From the NCBI GenBank assembly GCA_009914755.4, contig CP086569.2, positions 1,952,001 through 2,016,000 of the forward strand: a stretch of DNA of 64,000 nucleotides, given 5' to 3'. The DNA comes from the human T2T-CHM13v2.0 reference genome, Homo sapiens. The position numbers and the translations under genes were made by a program. The notes below the pieces were generated by a model, which was not told where the DNA came from, searched no databases, and worked only from the letters and a program-made list of their open reading frames with translations. Shown here piece after piece: positions 1 through 14,989 of this stretch (the stretch's first letter is position 1; each line of letters opens with the position of its first letter).

Positions 1-122
1 ATTTTACTGGGGAGTGAACGCTCAGGGTCACAATCACATATTGTGCCTGAAGCAGTGAACACAGGTGAGGTGTATCCTGAACGGGAGGAGAAGGGAGAGT
101 TCTCCGCTCTCCAAGCGGAGGA

Positions 123-1740
123 GTGATGGGGATGAAAGGGCAATCAGAGAGAGAGAGAGGAGAGAGAGAGGGAGGGCAAAGAAGGAAGAGAGAAGGAGAG
201 GGAGGAAATAGGGAGAAAGAGAGACAAAGAGAGATGGAGAGGGAACAGGGAGAGAGAGGGAGGGCAAACGAGAGGGAGAGAGGAGGAGAGGGAGGAAATA
301 GGGGGAAAGAGAGAAAGAGAGATGGAGAGGGAACAGGGAGAGAGAGGGAGGGCAAACGAGAGGGAGAGAGGAGGAGAGGGAGGAAATAGGGGGAAAGAGA
401 GAAAGAGAGATGGAGAGGGAACAGGGAGAGAGAGGGAGGGCAAACGAGAGAGGGAGAGAGAAGGAAGAGGAGGAAATGGGGGAAAGAGAGAAAGAGAGAT
501 GGAGAGGGAACAGGGAGAGAGAGGGAGGGCAAACGAGAGAGGGAGAGAGAAGGAAGAGGAGGAAATGGGGGAAAGAGAGAGAAAGAGAGATGGAGAGGGA
601 ACAGGGAGAGAGAGGGAGGGCAAACGAGAGGGAGAGAGAAGGAAGAGGAGGAAATGGGGGAAAGAGAGAGAAAGAGAGATGGAGAGGGAACAGGGAGAGA
701 GAGGGAGGGCAAACGAGAGGGAGAGAGAAGGAGGGGAGGAAATAGGGGAAAGAGAGAGAAAGAGAGATGGAGAGGGAACAGGGAGAGAGAGGGAGGGCAA
801 ACGAGAGAGGGAGAGAGAAGGAGAGGGAGGAAATAGGGGGAAAGAGAGAAAGAGAGATGGAGAGGGAACAGGGAGAGAGAGGGAGGGCAAACGAGAGAGG
901 GAGAGAGAAGGAAGAGGAGGAAATGGGGGAAAGAGAGAGAAAGAGAGATGGAGAGGGAACAGGGAGAGAGAGGGAGGGCAAACGAGAGAGGGAGAGAGAA
1001 GGAAGAGGAGGAAATGGGGGAAAGAGAGAGAAAGAGAGATGGAGAGGGAACAGGGAGAGAGAGGGAGGGCAAACGAGAGGGAGAGAGAAGGAAGAGGAGG
1101 AAATGGGGGAAAGAGAGAGAAAGAGAGATGGAGAGGGAACAGGGAGAGAGAGGGAGGGCAAACGAGAGGGAGAGAGAAGGAGGGGAGGAAATAGGGGAAA
1201 GAGAGAGAAAGAGAGATGGAGAGGGAACAGGGAGAGAGAGGGAGGGCAAACGAGAGAGGGAGAGAGAAGGAGAGGGAGGAAATAGGGGGAAAGAGAGAAA
1301 GAGAGATGGAGAGGGAACAGGGAGAGAGAGGGAGGGCAAACGAGAGAGGGAGAGAGAAGGAAGAGGAGGAAATGGGGGAAAGAGAGAGAAAGAGAGATGG
1401 AGAGGGAACAGGGAGAGAGAGGGAGGGCAAACGAGAGGGAGAGAGAAGGAGGGGAGGAAATAGGGGGAAAGAGAGAAAGAGAGATGGAGAGGGAACAGGG
1501 AGAGAGAGGGAGGGCAAACGAGAGAGGGAGAGAGAAGGAAGAGGAGGAAATGGGGGAAAGAGAGAGAAAGAGAGATGGAGAGGGAACAGGGAGAGAGAGG
1601 GAGGGCAAACGAGAGGGAGAGAGAAGGAGGGGAGGAAATAGGGGGAAAGAGAGAAAGAGAGATGGAGAGGGAACAGGGAGAGAGAGGGAGGGCAAACGAG
1701 AGAGGGAGAGAGAAGGAGAGGGAGGAAATAAGGGGAGAGA
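123..1740. repeat. GA-rich tandem array, ~89-bp unit x ~18 with alternating unit variants (higher-order ~178 bp)
   Basis: The motif gagatggagagggaacaggg recurs at 231, 319, 407, 496, 587 and so on. The + strand is almost pure purine. Confidence 0.9.
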
Positions 1741-2440
1741 GAGAAAGAGACAGAGAGAAAGAGAGAAAGGGGGAGAGAAGGAAGGCAAAGGAGAGAGGAG
1801 GAGAGATGGGGGAAGGAGGAAAGAGAGAGAAGTGGGACACAGAGGAAGACAAAGGAGATAGAGAGACAAGGGGAGAGACAGGAAGAGAAAGGAGATAGGG
1901 AGAAGAGGGAGGGTGTGCGAGAGGGAAACAGAAAGGGAGAGAGAGAAGAAAGAGGGGAGAGAGAAGAAAGAGGGGAGGGAGAGAAGAAGGGAAAGGGAGG
2001 GAGAGAGGGAGAGAGAGAATGGGAGAAAAGGAGAGAGAGAAGAGGGGAGAAAGAGGGAGAGAGGGAAGGAAGGAGAGAGGGAGGGAGGGAGAGGGAGAAT
2101 GGGAGAGAGAGAAGAGGGGAGAAAGCGAGGGAGGGAGGGGGAGAGAGAGAAGAAAGAGAGAAGAGAGAAAGAGAGGGAGAGAGAGGGAGAAAGGGAGAGA
2201 GAGAAGGGAGAAGGGGAGAGAGAGGGGGAGAGAGGGAGGGAGGAGGGAGAAGGGAGGTCGAGAGCAAAATAGTAGAAGCGGGGATGGGGTAGACTGAGGA
2301 GAGAGAGAGACAGAGAGAAAAAGCAAAAGAGAGGAAAAGTGAGACAGTGAAGAGGTGGAAAGAGAGAATGACAGAGAGACGGGGAGAAGGAGGAGAGAGA
2401 GACAGAGAGTTACAGAAAGAGAGAGAGAGAGGAGAAAAGC
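1741..2440. repeat. degenerate polypurine (GA)n/(GGA)n/(GGGA)n simple repeat
   Basis: Continuous G/A-only sequence with no stable period; it ends at the unique sequence near 2440. Confidence 0.9.
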
Positions 2441-3074
2441 ATTTGAGTAACTGAAAAACCACTGCTTCTCAACCCACTTCCTAGAATCTCGGGAGGGCGG
2501 TGGGAAGGATGGAGCCAGTCCAGGGAGGCTATGGGACGGACGCCCTGAACATCTAGCCTTCTCTGGCAGGGAACAGCCTGCCGCAGAGTCACAACAGACC
2601 ACATCCCATGCTGCTGCCAACACCAACACTAAAAGAACATCCAAATGCCTCCTGTTCAGAGAAGGCGCCATCGGGAGAGGCAGAGGAAACCAGTACGGAA
2701 CAGAAAGCTACTCTATCCACAGGAGAGCAGCTCTGGAAGAGAAGCAAACAGAAGGCACGCAGAATAAATGGTCTACACCTGTGCAGACTCAAGGATCCGC
2801 TGACGAATGCATGCGCCGCGATGCAACACTTTCCGTCTTCCCGGGAGGGAGACCAGATGACTGTGGAGCCCGAGTCACATAGAAAATGCCAGGCGCCCAC
2901 AAAGACAGGAGATGGCTGCTCAGGTGTCCGTCCACCAAAAAGTGGGTCCTCAGTAAGGACCGGCTCCACTGCACCTCAGTCTTCTGTTGATGCAGAACTG
3001 CACACCTGGGCTTCCCCGAATGAATCTTCCTTAACTCTCATGGGTCTTGTAGGTGCCCTGTGCCCATTTGCTCA

Positions 3075-3762
3075 TTTGAATGAACTCATTAGAATTCATT
3101 CATTCATTTGATTCCATTCATTCATTTGCATCATTTGAATTCATTCCTTCTTTTGAATTCACTTGTTCCTTTGAATTCATTCATTCACTTGAATTTATTC
3201 ATTTAAATTCACTCATTTGAATTCATTCATTCATTCCTTTGAATTTGTTCATTCCTTTGAATTCACTCATTCCTTTGAATTCACTCATTCCTTTGAATTC
3301 ACTCATTCCTTTGAATTCATTCATTCATTCCTCTGAATTTATTCATTCCTTTGAATTCATTCGTTCCTTTGACTTCATTTGTTCATTCATTTGAATTCAT
3401 TCCTTCATTTGAATTTATTCATTCCCTTGAATTCATTCAGATTCACTCATTTGAATTCATTCATTCATTCCTTTGAATTCATTCCTTTGAATTCATACAT
3501 TCCTTTCAATTCCTTTAGTCCTTTGAATTCATTCGTTCCTTTGAATTCATTTGTTCATTCATTAGAATTCATTCATTCCTTAGAATTAATTCATTTGAAT
3601 TCATTTGTTCATTCCTTTGAATTCATTTGCATTCATTCATTCCTCTGAATTCATTCATTCATTTGAATTCTTTCATTCATTCAAATTCACTCATTTGAAT
3701 TCATTCAAGTGAATGAATGAATTTGAATGAATGAATGAATGAATGAATGGGTGAATGAAGAA
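3075..3762. repeat. satellite-like (TTCATTCA / GAATTCA)n array with terminal strand inversion to (GAATG)n at ~3708
   Basis: Units of ~23-27 bp each contain a GAATTC site. The palindromic junction tcattcaagtgaatgaatga sits at 3702-3720, followed by gaatgaatgaatg. Confidence 0.85.
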
Positions 3763-4359
3763 CTGTACCAAAAAACACGAGTCTTTAGGTCTCTGGCCAG
3801 GGAAGAATCATTGTTATTTTTCAGGGTCACCCTGTATCGTGGACGTATTTCTTTGGTGGTAGGAAAAATAATGCTTAGTAATTCATTATCTCAGAAAGAA
3901 ATTCATCCATTAGAGTTATGGGAAGATGGCTGACAAGGATAAATCTATAAATCCTCTGCATTATTAAAAATCTATCAATTTTCAGACATGGGGATGGGAA
4001 GCTAGATAAATACAATTTTGAAGTGAATAAACCATAAATACCGGCTCTGCAGGAGGTCTATTATTGATTTATTCTTGTGCTTGATAAATCATCGCGTTGC
4101 CTCTGAGCTTCCCACAGCAGCCAGACAGAGGCAGTCAGGTTCTATTTTCAACCCACTAGCAAATGAAAAAGATATTCTATGTCTGAAGTATTTAATGTTT
4201 GCAAAACCTTGATTGCTCTAAGAATAAAAAAAGAAAAGCACGAAGTGTAGCTCCTTCTTGCCTTGGAAGTCACCCTGGCTGAGCTCAGCTGGGGCTGTTT
4301 TCCATGAGACTTGAGGCACGTGGTTGACTAGCAGGAGTTTTGGAGGGAAGGTTCTGGGG

Positions 4360-5000
4360 AAATAGTTTAGGGCAGCAGTCTCCAACCTTTTTGGCACCAG
4401 GGACCACTTTTGTGAAAGACAATTTTCTGAAGACAGAAGGTGGAGGTGGAATGTGGGGATGGTTTTGGGATGATTCCGGGGCATGACATTTATTGTACAC
4501 TTTATTTGTATTATTATTACATTGTACTATATAATGAAATAATTCTACAAGTCGCCATCATATAGAATCAGTGGGAGCCCTGAGCTTGTTTTCCTGTGAC
4601 TAGACAGTCCCATCTGGGGGTGATGGGAGACAGTGACAGATCATCAGGAATTAGATTCCATAAGGAGCACACAACCTAGATCCTTCCCATGCACAGATCA
4701 TCAGGCTTTAGCTTTTCATAAGGAGTGCACAACCTAAGTCCCTCACATGCACAGTTCACAGTAGGGTTTGTGCTCCTATAAGAATCTAATGCTGCTGCTG
4801 ATCTGACAGGAGGCAGAGCTCAGGCAGTCATGTGAACAATGGGGAGTGGCTGTAAATACAGATGAAGCTTTGCTTGTTCACTTGCCACTCACCTTCTGCT
4901 GTGCGGCCGGTGTCCTAACAGGCCATGGACTGGTACTATGACCTGGGGGTTGGACAGCCCTGGTTTAGGGGTCTGCAGACCCCCTACTAGCCTCTTAGAC
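4360..5000 (+). mobile_element. old interspersed repeat, family not assigned (internal palindromic ggccatggactggtac...; possibly DNA-transposon/MER-type)
   Basis: A second, partial copy of the same 5' region (ttttggcaccagg.accggtttc.tggaagacaattttc) lies at 42650-42780. Confidence 0.45.
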
Positions 5001-5095
5001 ACTAAAAGTACCACCACTGGAGTCCTTCCCTGAGGCTGCCTATAAATAGAAACTCTATTTACATAAGTTGACACCAGCAATATCCCAAACATACA

Positions 5096-5745
5096 ATCCA
5101 GCAATCTCATTTGCACACAACGAAGAAGAATTCTGATGCACAAACCAACGAGAAAAATCCTTGATTTCTTCTCTAAGTCAAGGTACATCTGGCCCAAGCT
5201 TCAGCACACCAGCTGGTGATGAACCCATTCTCAGCGTTGACTGTATAGAATCCAGCCTTCTCATTTGCACACAACGAAGATGAATTCTGATGCATAAACC
5301 AAGGCATGCAACAAATGAGAAAAATCCTTTACTTCTTCTCTAAATCAACGTACATCTGGCTCAAGCCTCCAGCACAAGAGCTGGTGATGAATCCATTCTC
5401 AACGCTGACTGTGTAGAATCCAGCCTTCTCATTTGCACACCACGAAGATGAATTCTGATGCACAAACTAAGGCATGCAATAAATGAGAAAAATACTTTGC
5501 TTCTTCCCTAAATCCAGGTACATCAGACCCAGGCCTCCAGCACACGGGCTTGTGCTGAATCCATTCTCAGTGCTGACTGTATAGAATCCAGCCTCGTCAT
5601 TTGCACACCATGAAGATGAATTCTGATGCACAAACCAAGGCAAAAAATGCTTTACTTCCTCTCTAAATCAAGGTTCATCTGGCCCAAGCCTCCAGCACAC
5701 AGGCTGGTGATGAATCCATTCTCAGCATAGACTGTGCCATCTGGG
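5096..5745. repeat. tandem repeat, ~168-bp unit x ~4 (not alpha satellite)
   Basis: The motif aatccagcc(a/t)tctcatttgcacac recurs at 5096, 5249, 5417 and 5585. Confidence 0.85.
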
Positions 5746-6519
5746 CTACTTCTGGCTTGAGGAGCACTTATCCCTGCAGCTTTCCATCCACCCTGGGTAC
5801 CTCGGGAGGCCCCTTTCCAAGCCCATGGGCTTCACGAAGCTCCATGGTTCTGTTGCATTTCCAAGAGAACCAAGAGGATTTGTCAACAAGAGACTGCCTC
5901 TCTGCATTTCTGTCTTCTTGTGAAGAGTGGGCAATGGGTATTCAACACAGCCTCCAAAAGCGAAGTCTCCAGCTCTTTTCTAGAAGCTTCTGTCTGTACC
6001 CACAGAGGAAAAAAAAAAAAAATCCAGATCCTCTGCAACTGAGCTCTTCTCAACAGTGACCCCAGGGACAAGATGAACCTTAGTCAGCCACAAAAACCTA
6101 TAGGGAGTCCAGGAAAGCCACAGCCTGAGCAACCTCTTGAAAGATGTAGAACAAAAAGATAAAAGGAAGAAAGTGCAAAGTGTTATTTCAAGCCATCATC
6201 TTGTAACAAATGGATTCTCATTATCACCTCCTGGAAATGGTGTTCTGAGCAGCACAGGCTGGGGAATTCCAGGGAGGCGTGTGACTTGGGGTGCAATCTT
6301 CTCTGTACTTTACAAGACTGTGTTGTCACATTGCAAGAGGTGTGTTTTCTAAGGCAGAACATTTCACAGAATGATTATTGGTCCAATGTTTGTTTCCGTT
6401 GCTAAAGTATGATTTCTATGAGGTCAAGAATCTTGCTTATTATTTTATTTTTCCTGCAAGCGAAGTATGTGAAGGGCAGAGTAGGTAGGTATGGCAGGTT
6501 AAATAATGCACAACTCAAG

Positions 6520-7285
6520 ATGTCCAGGTCCACATTATTCATGTGGGAGACAGAATCATGACCCCAAAAATGCCCACACTGTAATCCCCATGTGGGAGAC
6601 ACAATAATGGCCCCAAAGATGTCCACATCCTAATCCTCAGGTGGAAGACAGAATAATGGCCCCAAAAATGTCCACATCCTAATCCTCATGTGGAAGACAG
6701 AATAATGACCCAAAGATGTCCACATCCCAATCCTCATGTGGAAGACAAAATAATGGCCCTGAAGATGTCCACATCCTAATCCCCATGTGGTAGACAGAAT
6801 AATGGCCCCAAAGATGTCCACATCCCAATCCCCATGTGGTACACAGAATAATGGCCCCGAAGATGTCCATATCCGAATCCCCATGTGGGAGACAGAATAA
6901 TGGCCCCGAAGATGTCCATATCCAAATCCCCATGTGGAAGACAGAATAATGGCCCCAAAGATGTCCACATCCTAATCCCCATGTGGAAGCCGAACAATGG
7001 CCCCAAAGATGTCCATATGTTAATTCCCATGTGGTAGATAGAATAATAGCCCCAAAGATGTTCACATTCTAATCCTCATGTGGGAAACAGAATAATGGCC
7101 CCAAAGATGTCCACATCCTAATCCTCATGTGGAAGACTGAATAATGGCTCTAAAGATGTCCACAGACTAATTCTCATGTGGTCGACACAATAATGACCCC
7201 AGAGATGCCCACAACCTATTCCCAATTTGGAAGAGTAATAACTCAAAAGATGAAAAAATGTCCATGTCCTCATCTCTGGAACACA
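6520..7285. repeat. 49-bp tandem array x ~15 (atgtccacatcctaatcctcatgtggaagacagaataatggccccaaag)
   Basis: Strict 49-bp periodicity; the unit is derived from the head of an adjacent MaLR-like repeat at 7255-7400. Confidence 0.9.
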
Positions 7286-7400
7286 TGAAAATGTGACTTT
7301 CACGGCAAAAGGGCCTTTGTAGATGTGAATTAGTGGAAGATCTTGAGATGAGGTGATTATCTGAGATGATCCTGGTGGGCCCCAAATAATCACAATGGTT
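7255..7400 (+). mobile_element. MaLR-type LTR fragment (tgtccatgtcctcatctc...; family uncertain)
   Basis: Related fragments at 9700-9850 and 16545-16600 share gtccatatcctaatctccagaa. Confidence 0.4.
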
Positions 7401-7429
7401 CTTCTACAAGGCAGGCAGAAGAACAAAAG

Positions 7430-7530
7430 TAAGTGAAGGAGATAAAAAAAAGAGAAGGCAAGATGAGAGAGAGAAAGAGAGAGAAGGGAAGAGAGGGAGA
7501 GAGAGAGAACAAGAAAGAGAGATTCAAAGG
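7430..7530. repeat. GA-rich simple repeat
   Basis: agagaaggcaagatgagagagagaaagagagagaagggaagagagggagagagagagaac. Confidence 0.8.
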
Positions 7531-7547
7531 TGTCTCATTGCTGGCTT

Positions 7548-7842
<295 letters not shown>

Positions 7843-8440
7843 CATTGCTGGCTTTAAGGCCGGGTTGGAGGCCATGGGTGAAGAAACGCTGACAGTCTTC
7901 TAAAAACTGGGGAAGGAAATACTCTCCTCTAGAACCAGTGTCAGCCATAGACTCAGGAATTTCACACTGGACTTACTGGCTTGAGGTGCCTCTGAGGCAT
8001 TGAGCGAAGGTAAAAGGTCTTAGCATGGAAGAAAGGTCTAGGTAAGTCTAGGAAGAAGTAAACCCAATATGTGCATGAGATTTTCTACAGAAGAGATAGG
8101 GTACAGAGACAATCCAACAACAAGACCCTTTTGATTCAAATTCAACCCTGTCCCAGTTTCCAGAATATTTTTGTTTGTTTCTGAGAGCCCTGTGTGCCTT
8201 GTTTAAAATCTGTTGAGAAAAGGAACAGAGGAGAATCCTAGGAATGCAATAGCCATTTCAAAAGGTAAACGTGGTGGTTGAGTGATGGAGTATACGCTGG
8301 TTAGCCTGTGTCAACTGGTGTTAGCCTGTATCCACTGTCACAGATGTGGTTCATATACACATTGCTCAGTAAAATTCTGCTCCCCCCAGAACACAGTAAG
8401 ATTCTGCTGGAGAAACATATCATATCTGACATTCCTAATT

Positions 8441-8733
<293 letters not shown>

Positions 8734-9310
8734 TGAGATTCCTAATTTTTTCTGCTTACTGGTGGATGCAAGCCCATACCAAATGGATGGAAGTAGTCGC
8801 ACAAAAGTCCTAAGAGGATGGACAGTTCTGTTTTGTGTGTCTCTGTGCAAGGGCACCATGTCATGTATGTATTTCCATCTCCAACTGCTCTGTGATAAAG
8901 TGCTCCCATTACTAATGAGTAAGGGTGTTACACAGAACGAGGAAATGAGACGTCGGGTCGTGTAGGATCTCCACAGTGCCTCTAAGTGGTCTCCACATTT
9001 GGTGACTTATAATGCTATAATTCTAATCACTTCTAATACTGATAGGTCTTCAGCAAAGGAAGTCCACACCCAGTGCTGAGACAGAAGATTCCAAATGGCT
9101 GCTGACTGGGAAATCATTTATGCCTGCGTAGAAACTTCAGATCCCACCAGGATGGCAAATCTGAAAAGTGTTATTGATCTCCAAAGAAGACACACAAAGT
9201 TAAAATTATTCCGGACCTTCCAACAGGAGCCACTAGCACTGATAATACGATGTTTCTTACCAGGCTAAGTACATGGAAATGGTGTTGTCTGTAGCTATTT
9301 GAGTGGCACT

Positions 9311-9437
9311 CACACATCATAGCTATGTCTGCACGTATTTTTATGCATAAATACATATACATCATACATCAAATACATATACAAATACATATGCACTCAC
9401 ACATAGCTATGTCTGTACAAATTTTTATGCATAAATT
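9311..9437. repeat. local ~85-bp tandem duplication (ctcacaca..tagctatgtctg.ac..atttttatgcataaat)
   Basis: Two similar copies lie head to tail in AT/CA-rich sequence. Confidence 0.6.
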
Positions 9438-10216
9438 GGCATCACACTCTATGTATAGTTTTATATCCCATGCTTCTCCTTTAAACTCTAGCATAATAAT
9501 TTCCAATTAAACAAGTGGGTTGAGGGGGAACCGTGGGTATCTCATCCACTTTCCTATCCTCCAATCCCATTAATGTTATACAAAAACACGAAACACATCA
9601 AGACAAAAAGAAAAAAAAATTAGATAGAAGCTACCACATCTTGGCAGCTGGAAACAGACAGGTATTACAACTTTAGTACAAAGAATAATGCTTTCTCCCT
9701 CCTTACAGACATGTCCATATCCTAATCTCCAGAATTTATGAAAATGGTACGTTAGGTAGCACAAGGGGTTTTGCAGAATTAAGAATCTTTAATGGTCTAG
9801 GTGGGTAATGGAGTAATTACATTGGGTAATCACAAGATCCTTTTGCTGATTTTTTTGTCTGCAATCTGAAGTGTCAATAACTTGATAAATATTTCATGTA
9901 TTTGGAAGGAATGTGCTGTCTTTATGGGCTCACTGTTTGACGTACGTCTGTTCTATCCACTGTATTAATGTCACTATTTATTTCCTCTCTGAATTTGCAT
10001 TTGGTCTCCATCTGTGAAAGTGATGCGTTAAATTCTACTAGCACACATGTTTGTTGGTGTATTTCTGAGACCTTTAGTTCTATGTATTTACTTAGTTTGG
10101 AGATGTCAATAACTGTACCTCCTCAGTGTGGAGGGTTCAGGTTAACTTTTATAAAAAATAAAATGGACTGCAGCAGGGGATGAGAGTAATGGGCATCAGT
10201 GTTACGAGGAGAAACA

Positions 10217-10336
10217 TTAAGTGTTGCAATGATCTTAAGCGCTCAGCGTGGCCCAAAGAAGGGCTCAAGGTCAACAGTAAGCGTTGCAATGACCTTAAGC
10301 ACTCAGCGAGGCTCAAAGAAGGGCTCAAGGTCAAGG
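10217..10336. repeat. 60-bp tandem duplication x2
   Basis: taag(t/c)gttgcaatga(t/c)cttaagc(g/a)ctcagcg(t/a)gg(c/t)ccaaagaagggctcaaggtcaa appears twice in a row. Confidence 0.85.
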
Positions 10337-10990
10337 GTAGTTTGTGTTGAAGATTGGCAGATGAGCAGATTGAAGGTGGGGAAGGGGAGATATTGACTCC
10401 ACCTATCTGGGTAAGAATGTTGAACAGGGGGTAAAATCAAGAGATAAATGGTAATGAGCTTCTAGTGCCCAAATAATGACTCTCAGGGGAATGTGGTGAT
10501 GGTTTTGTAAGATAACATTTGGGAAAACACCAACCCTTAGCATGTGCCTCATACCCTTTAGTCCAAGTGGACAAGTCAACGTGTCAACTCCATACAACAT
10601 GTCATCGCGTTTACCATTATTTCAAAGTAACATGCTAACAAGAATGATGCTCTTCCAAAGCTATCCGTGAAATGAAGCACTGACTAGAAATAGCAGGTAT
10701 GTTCAATAATTCCCATGGATATCCTGTTTTGCTGAGACACTTCTCCCGCATGAAAGCTAGAGTTCCTGTTTGCATTCAAATTAACCCCTGGCTTGCTGCA
10801 ATTTCACCAGGACTCACCATTGTTGATCAGGACATGGAGAGGAATCTTCTTCATCTTGAACTTCTGCACAAACTGCCGGATGGAAGTCATGGAAGCCAAG
10901 TCACAGTATAAAAATTCCACTGGAAAAGGACAACAACAAAAAATACCTGCTTATCTCCCAACCTATTTCAGAGATTAAGAAAATTTCTAA

Positions 10991-11412
<422 letters not shown>

Positions 11413-11774
11413 TAGGGAGATCAATGAGTCCCATCCTTGTATAGTCCCCTTTCCTTGAGTCTGTGTGGGACCTGTCATTCTCCTCCTGACCTTGATGTGA
11501 GCTGATGTTTTGTGAGAGCGCCTTGGGGCCAGAACCTGGGCATGGCCTCTCTAGGAGCTGACAGCAGCCCCTGGCCAAAAGCCAGCAAGATACTCAGATC
11601 CCCAGATCTGCAGCTTCCAGGAATTGGATTCTGCGTATAACCATGTGAATTTCGAAGATCCTGAGCTCCAGAGAGGACCTCAGGCCAGATGACACTTTGC
11701 TTATAGCCCAGTGAGACCCCGAAGAGAGAATGCAGTTACACCTGCCCAGATTCCTGACCCGCAGCAGCTGTGGG

Positions 11775-12260
11775 ATAGTAAGTATGAGCCCTTCCACGCT
11801 GCTGAGTCTGTGGGTTATTTTGTTACACAGCATATGTAACTGATACACAAAATGACTCAGAAGCAAGGACTTCCTTCTTCTGCAGTAGAGGAATATAGAA
11901 TATAGAATTTTATATAATAATCAAACAGGAAGCAATTTATGCATCCCCTGCTACAGATAGTAAGAAGTACGAGCCCTTCCACGTTGCTGAATCTGTGTTA
12001 TTTTGTTACAGGGCATATGTAACTAATACACAAAATGGCTCAGAAGCAAGGACTTCCTTCTTCCACAGGAGAATATAGAATTTTATATAATAATAAAAAA
12101 GGACGCCATTTATGGATCCCTTGCTACAGATAGTAAGTATGAGCTCTTCCACGCTGCTCAGTCTGTTATTTTGTTACACAGTATATGTAACTAATACACA
12201 AAATGACTCAGAAGCAAGGACTTCCTTCTTCTGCAGAAGAATAATAAAAGAAAGCATTTT
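11775..12260. repeat. tandem repeat, ~175-bp unit x ~2.8 (cttccacgctgctgagtctgtg..ttattttgttacac.gcatatgtaactaatacacaaaatgactcagaagcaaggacttccttcttc)
   Basis: Unit starts near 11775, 11950 and 12125. A further copy lies at 14990-15110. Confidence 0.85.
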
Positions 12261-12285
12261 ATTTTTTATTACATTTATGTTTTTG

Positions 12286-12400
12286 GAGACAGGGTCTCAC
12301 TATGTCCCCATGGCTGGTCTCGAACTCCTAAGCTCAAGTGAGCCTCCCACATCAGCCTCCCAAAGTGTTGGATTACAGGCGTGAGCAGCTGTGTCCAGCC
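12286..12400 (-). mobile_element. Alu monomer fragment (FLAM-like)
   Basis: ggagacagggtctcactatgtcc...cctcccaaagtgttggattacaggcgtgagc. Confidence 0.8.
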
Positions 12401-13289
12401 AAAGATGACATTTTTAGAGAGTGAATGACTCAGGGACAGCTTTATAACATCACATAGGTAGAGACGTAGACTTATGTCTATTGTATTCAGTATATCAACT
12501 TCGCTCTTTCTCTCTAAATTCCCAGTGGGTCTCCATCGCTAAAAGTGATGTGTTTGATTGTGTTAAAGCTGTTTTTTTTTTTTTTTCCCAGAAGGACTGA
12601 GGTTTTGGAGGGAGAGGAACTAGAAAGAAAAGCAAATTCACAGGTATATAATTCTGCCTCCAGGTCCATGGGTTCAAGGAGGTTGGGAGAACAATGCAAC
12701 AACCTAAAGTCAGACAGAACAAAATGCATGAAAACTAGCTATTACTTGCAGCAGAGACAGCAGATCTCTGAGGGAAGAAGCAAGTTCCCTTACATTGAGA
12801 TGGGAAGGTAATTTCTGGAGAGAGGTGGAAGGTATTGGGGGACACTGCCAGTGAGTTCTGAAAGGTGAGGATGGGGAATGGTGTGAGGTGGAAGAGCAAA
12901 TCACAGCATGTGTGCAGAGGTCAGAGACAGGAGTCCTCAGGGAGGGAGCGAGCAGAGGCTGGTTCTGGGCTGGCCGAGAAGAGAACAGCCTTGATCTGCA
13001 GGGCTGCTGGTGGTCAGTGTCATTTACAGCCTCCTCACTGGGGAGCCTCATAGGGGAAAATCATTACTGTAAAAGAACTGTTAATATTTTTATGAAGGCC
13101 ACATAGCTTTCAGAGGATAAGCAGTGTGTGTGTGTGGTGGGGGGAGGGGTCTGCCTGTGCCCCCCATGTCTGCACTGATGTGTAAAATGCCAGCAATCAA
13201 TTTTATGACAGACACACCTTGCTTAATAAGCTCTATGAGCCTTACTCTCCAAAACTATTACTGGAATGCTCATCATCATTCCAAAACGA

Positions 13290-13581
13290 AATGACTCTCC
13301 ACTCACCATCAGAGAGAGAGAAGAGACAGAGATGGAGTGTAAGAATGAGAAAGAGAGAGATAGAAAGATAGAAGCAGAGAGAGAGAGAGAAAGAGAGAAA
13401 GAAAGAAAGGCTAAGAGAGAAAGAGAAAAAAGGAGGGGGAGGAAAAGGGGAAGAGAGAAAAAACACACAGAGATAAAGACAAAGAGACACAGTGAGAGAG
13501 AGAAACAGAAAGAGAGAGAGGGACGGGAGACAGTAAAAGGGACAAAGAGAGAAAGGCAGACAGAGAGATACAAAGAAAGAG
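13290..13581. repeat. GA-rich polypurine simple repeat
   Basis: agagagagaagagacagagatgg...gaaagagagag. Confidence 0.85.
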
Positions 13582-14908
<1,327 letters not shown>

Positions 14909-14989
14909 AAGAAGAAAAGGAAATGGTATCTGGATTACTTTGACAGGACATAACTTTCTAAAACACGTCATTCTGGATAAAATATTACC

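Noticed and set aside
34-2462. Long ORFs 34..1869(-), 144..2462(-), 322..1194(+) and overlapping 100-170 aa ORFs
   Set aside because: They are translations of the GA-only tandem array, giving S/L/P-rich or E/R/G-rich low-complexity peptides. Several overlapping frames are open simultaneously, as expected for stop-free purine repeats.
2608-3111. ORF 2608..3111(+) 167 aa and overlapping minus-strand ORFs in the unique stretch 2460-3060
   Set aside because: There is no recognisable domain. Opposing-strand ORFs of similar length overlap, which is typical of GC-rich non-coding DNA.
5096-5745. ~168-bp tandem repeat as alpha satellite
   Set aside because: The period is close to the 171 bp of alpha satellite, but the sequence has none of its conserved blocks such as the CENP-B box region or AATCTGCAAGTGGATATTTGGA.
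6520-7285. Regular 49-bp arrays at 6520-7285 and 49828-50120 as possible CRISPR arrays
   Set aside because: There are no unique spacers. All units are near-identical variants. The context is primate nuclear DNA full of Alu, L1 and LTR elements. These are eukaryotic minisatellites.
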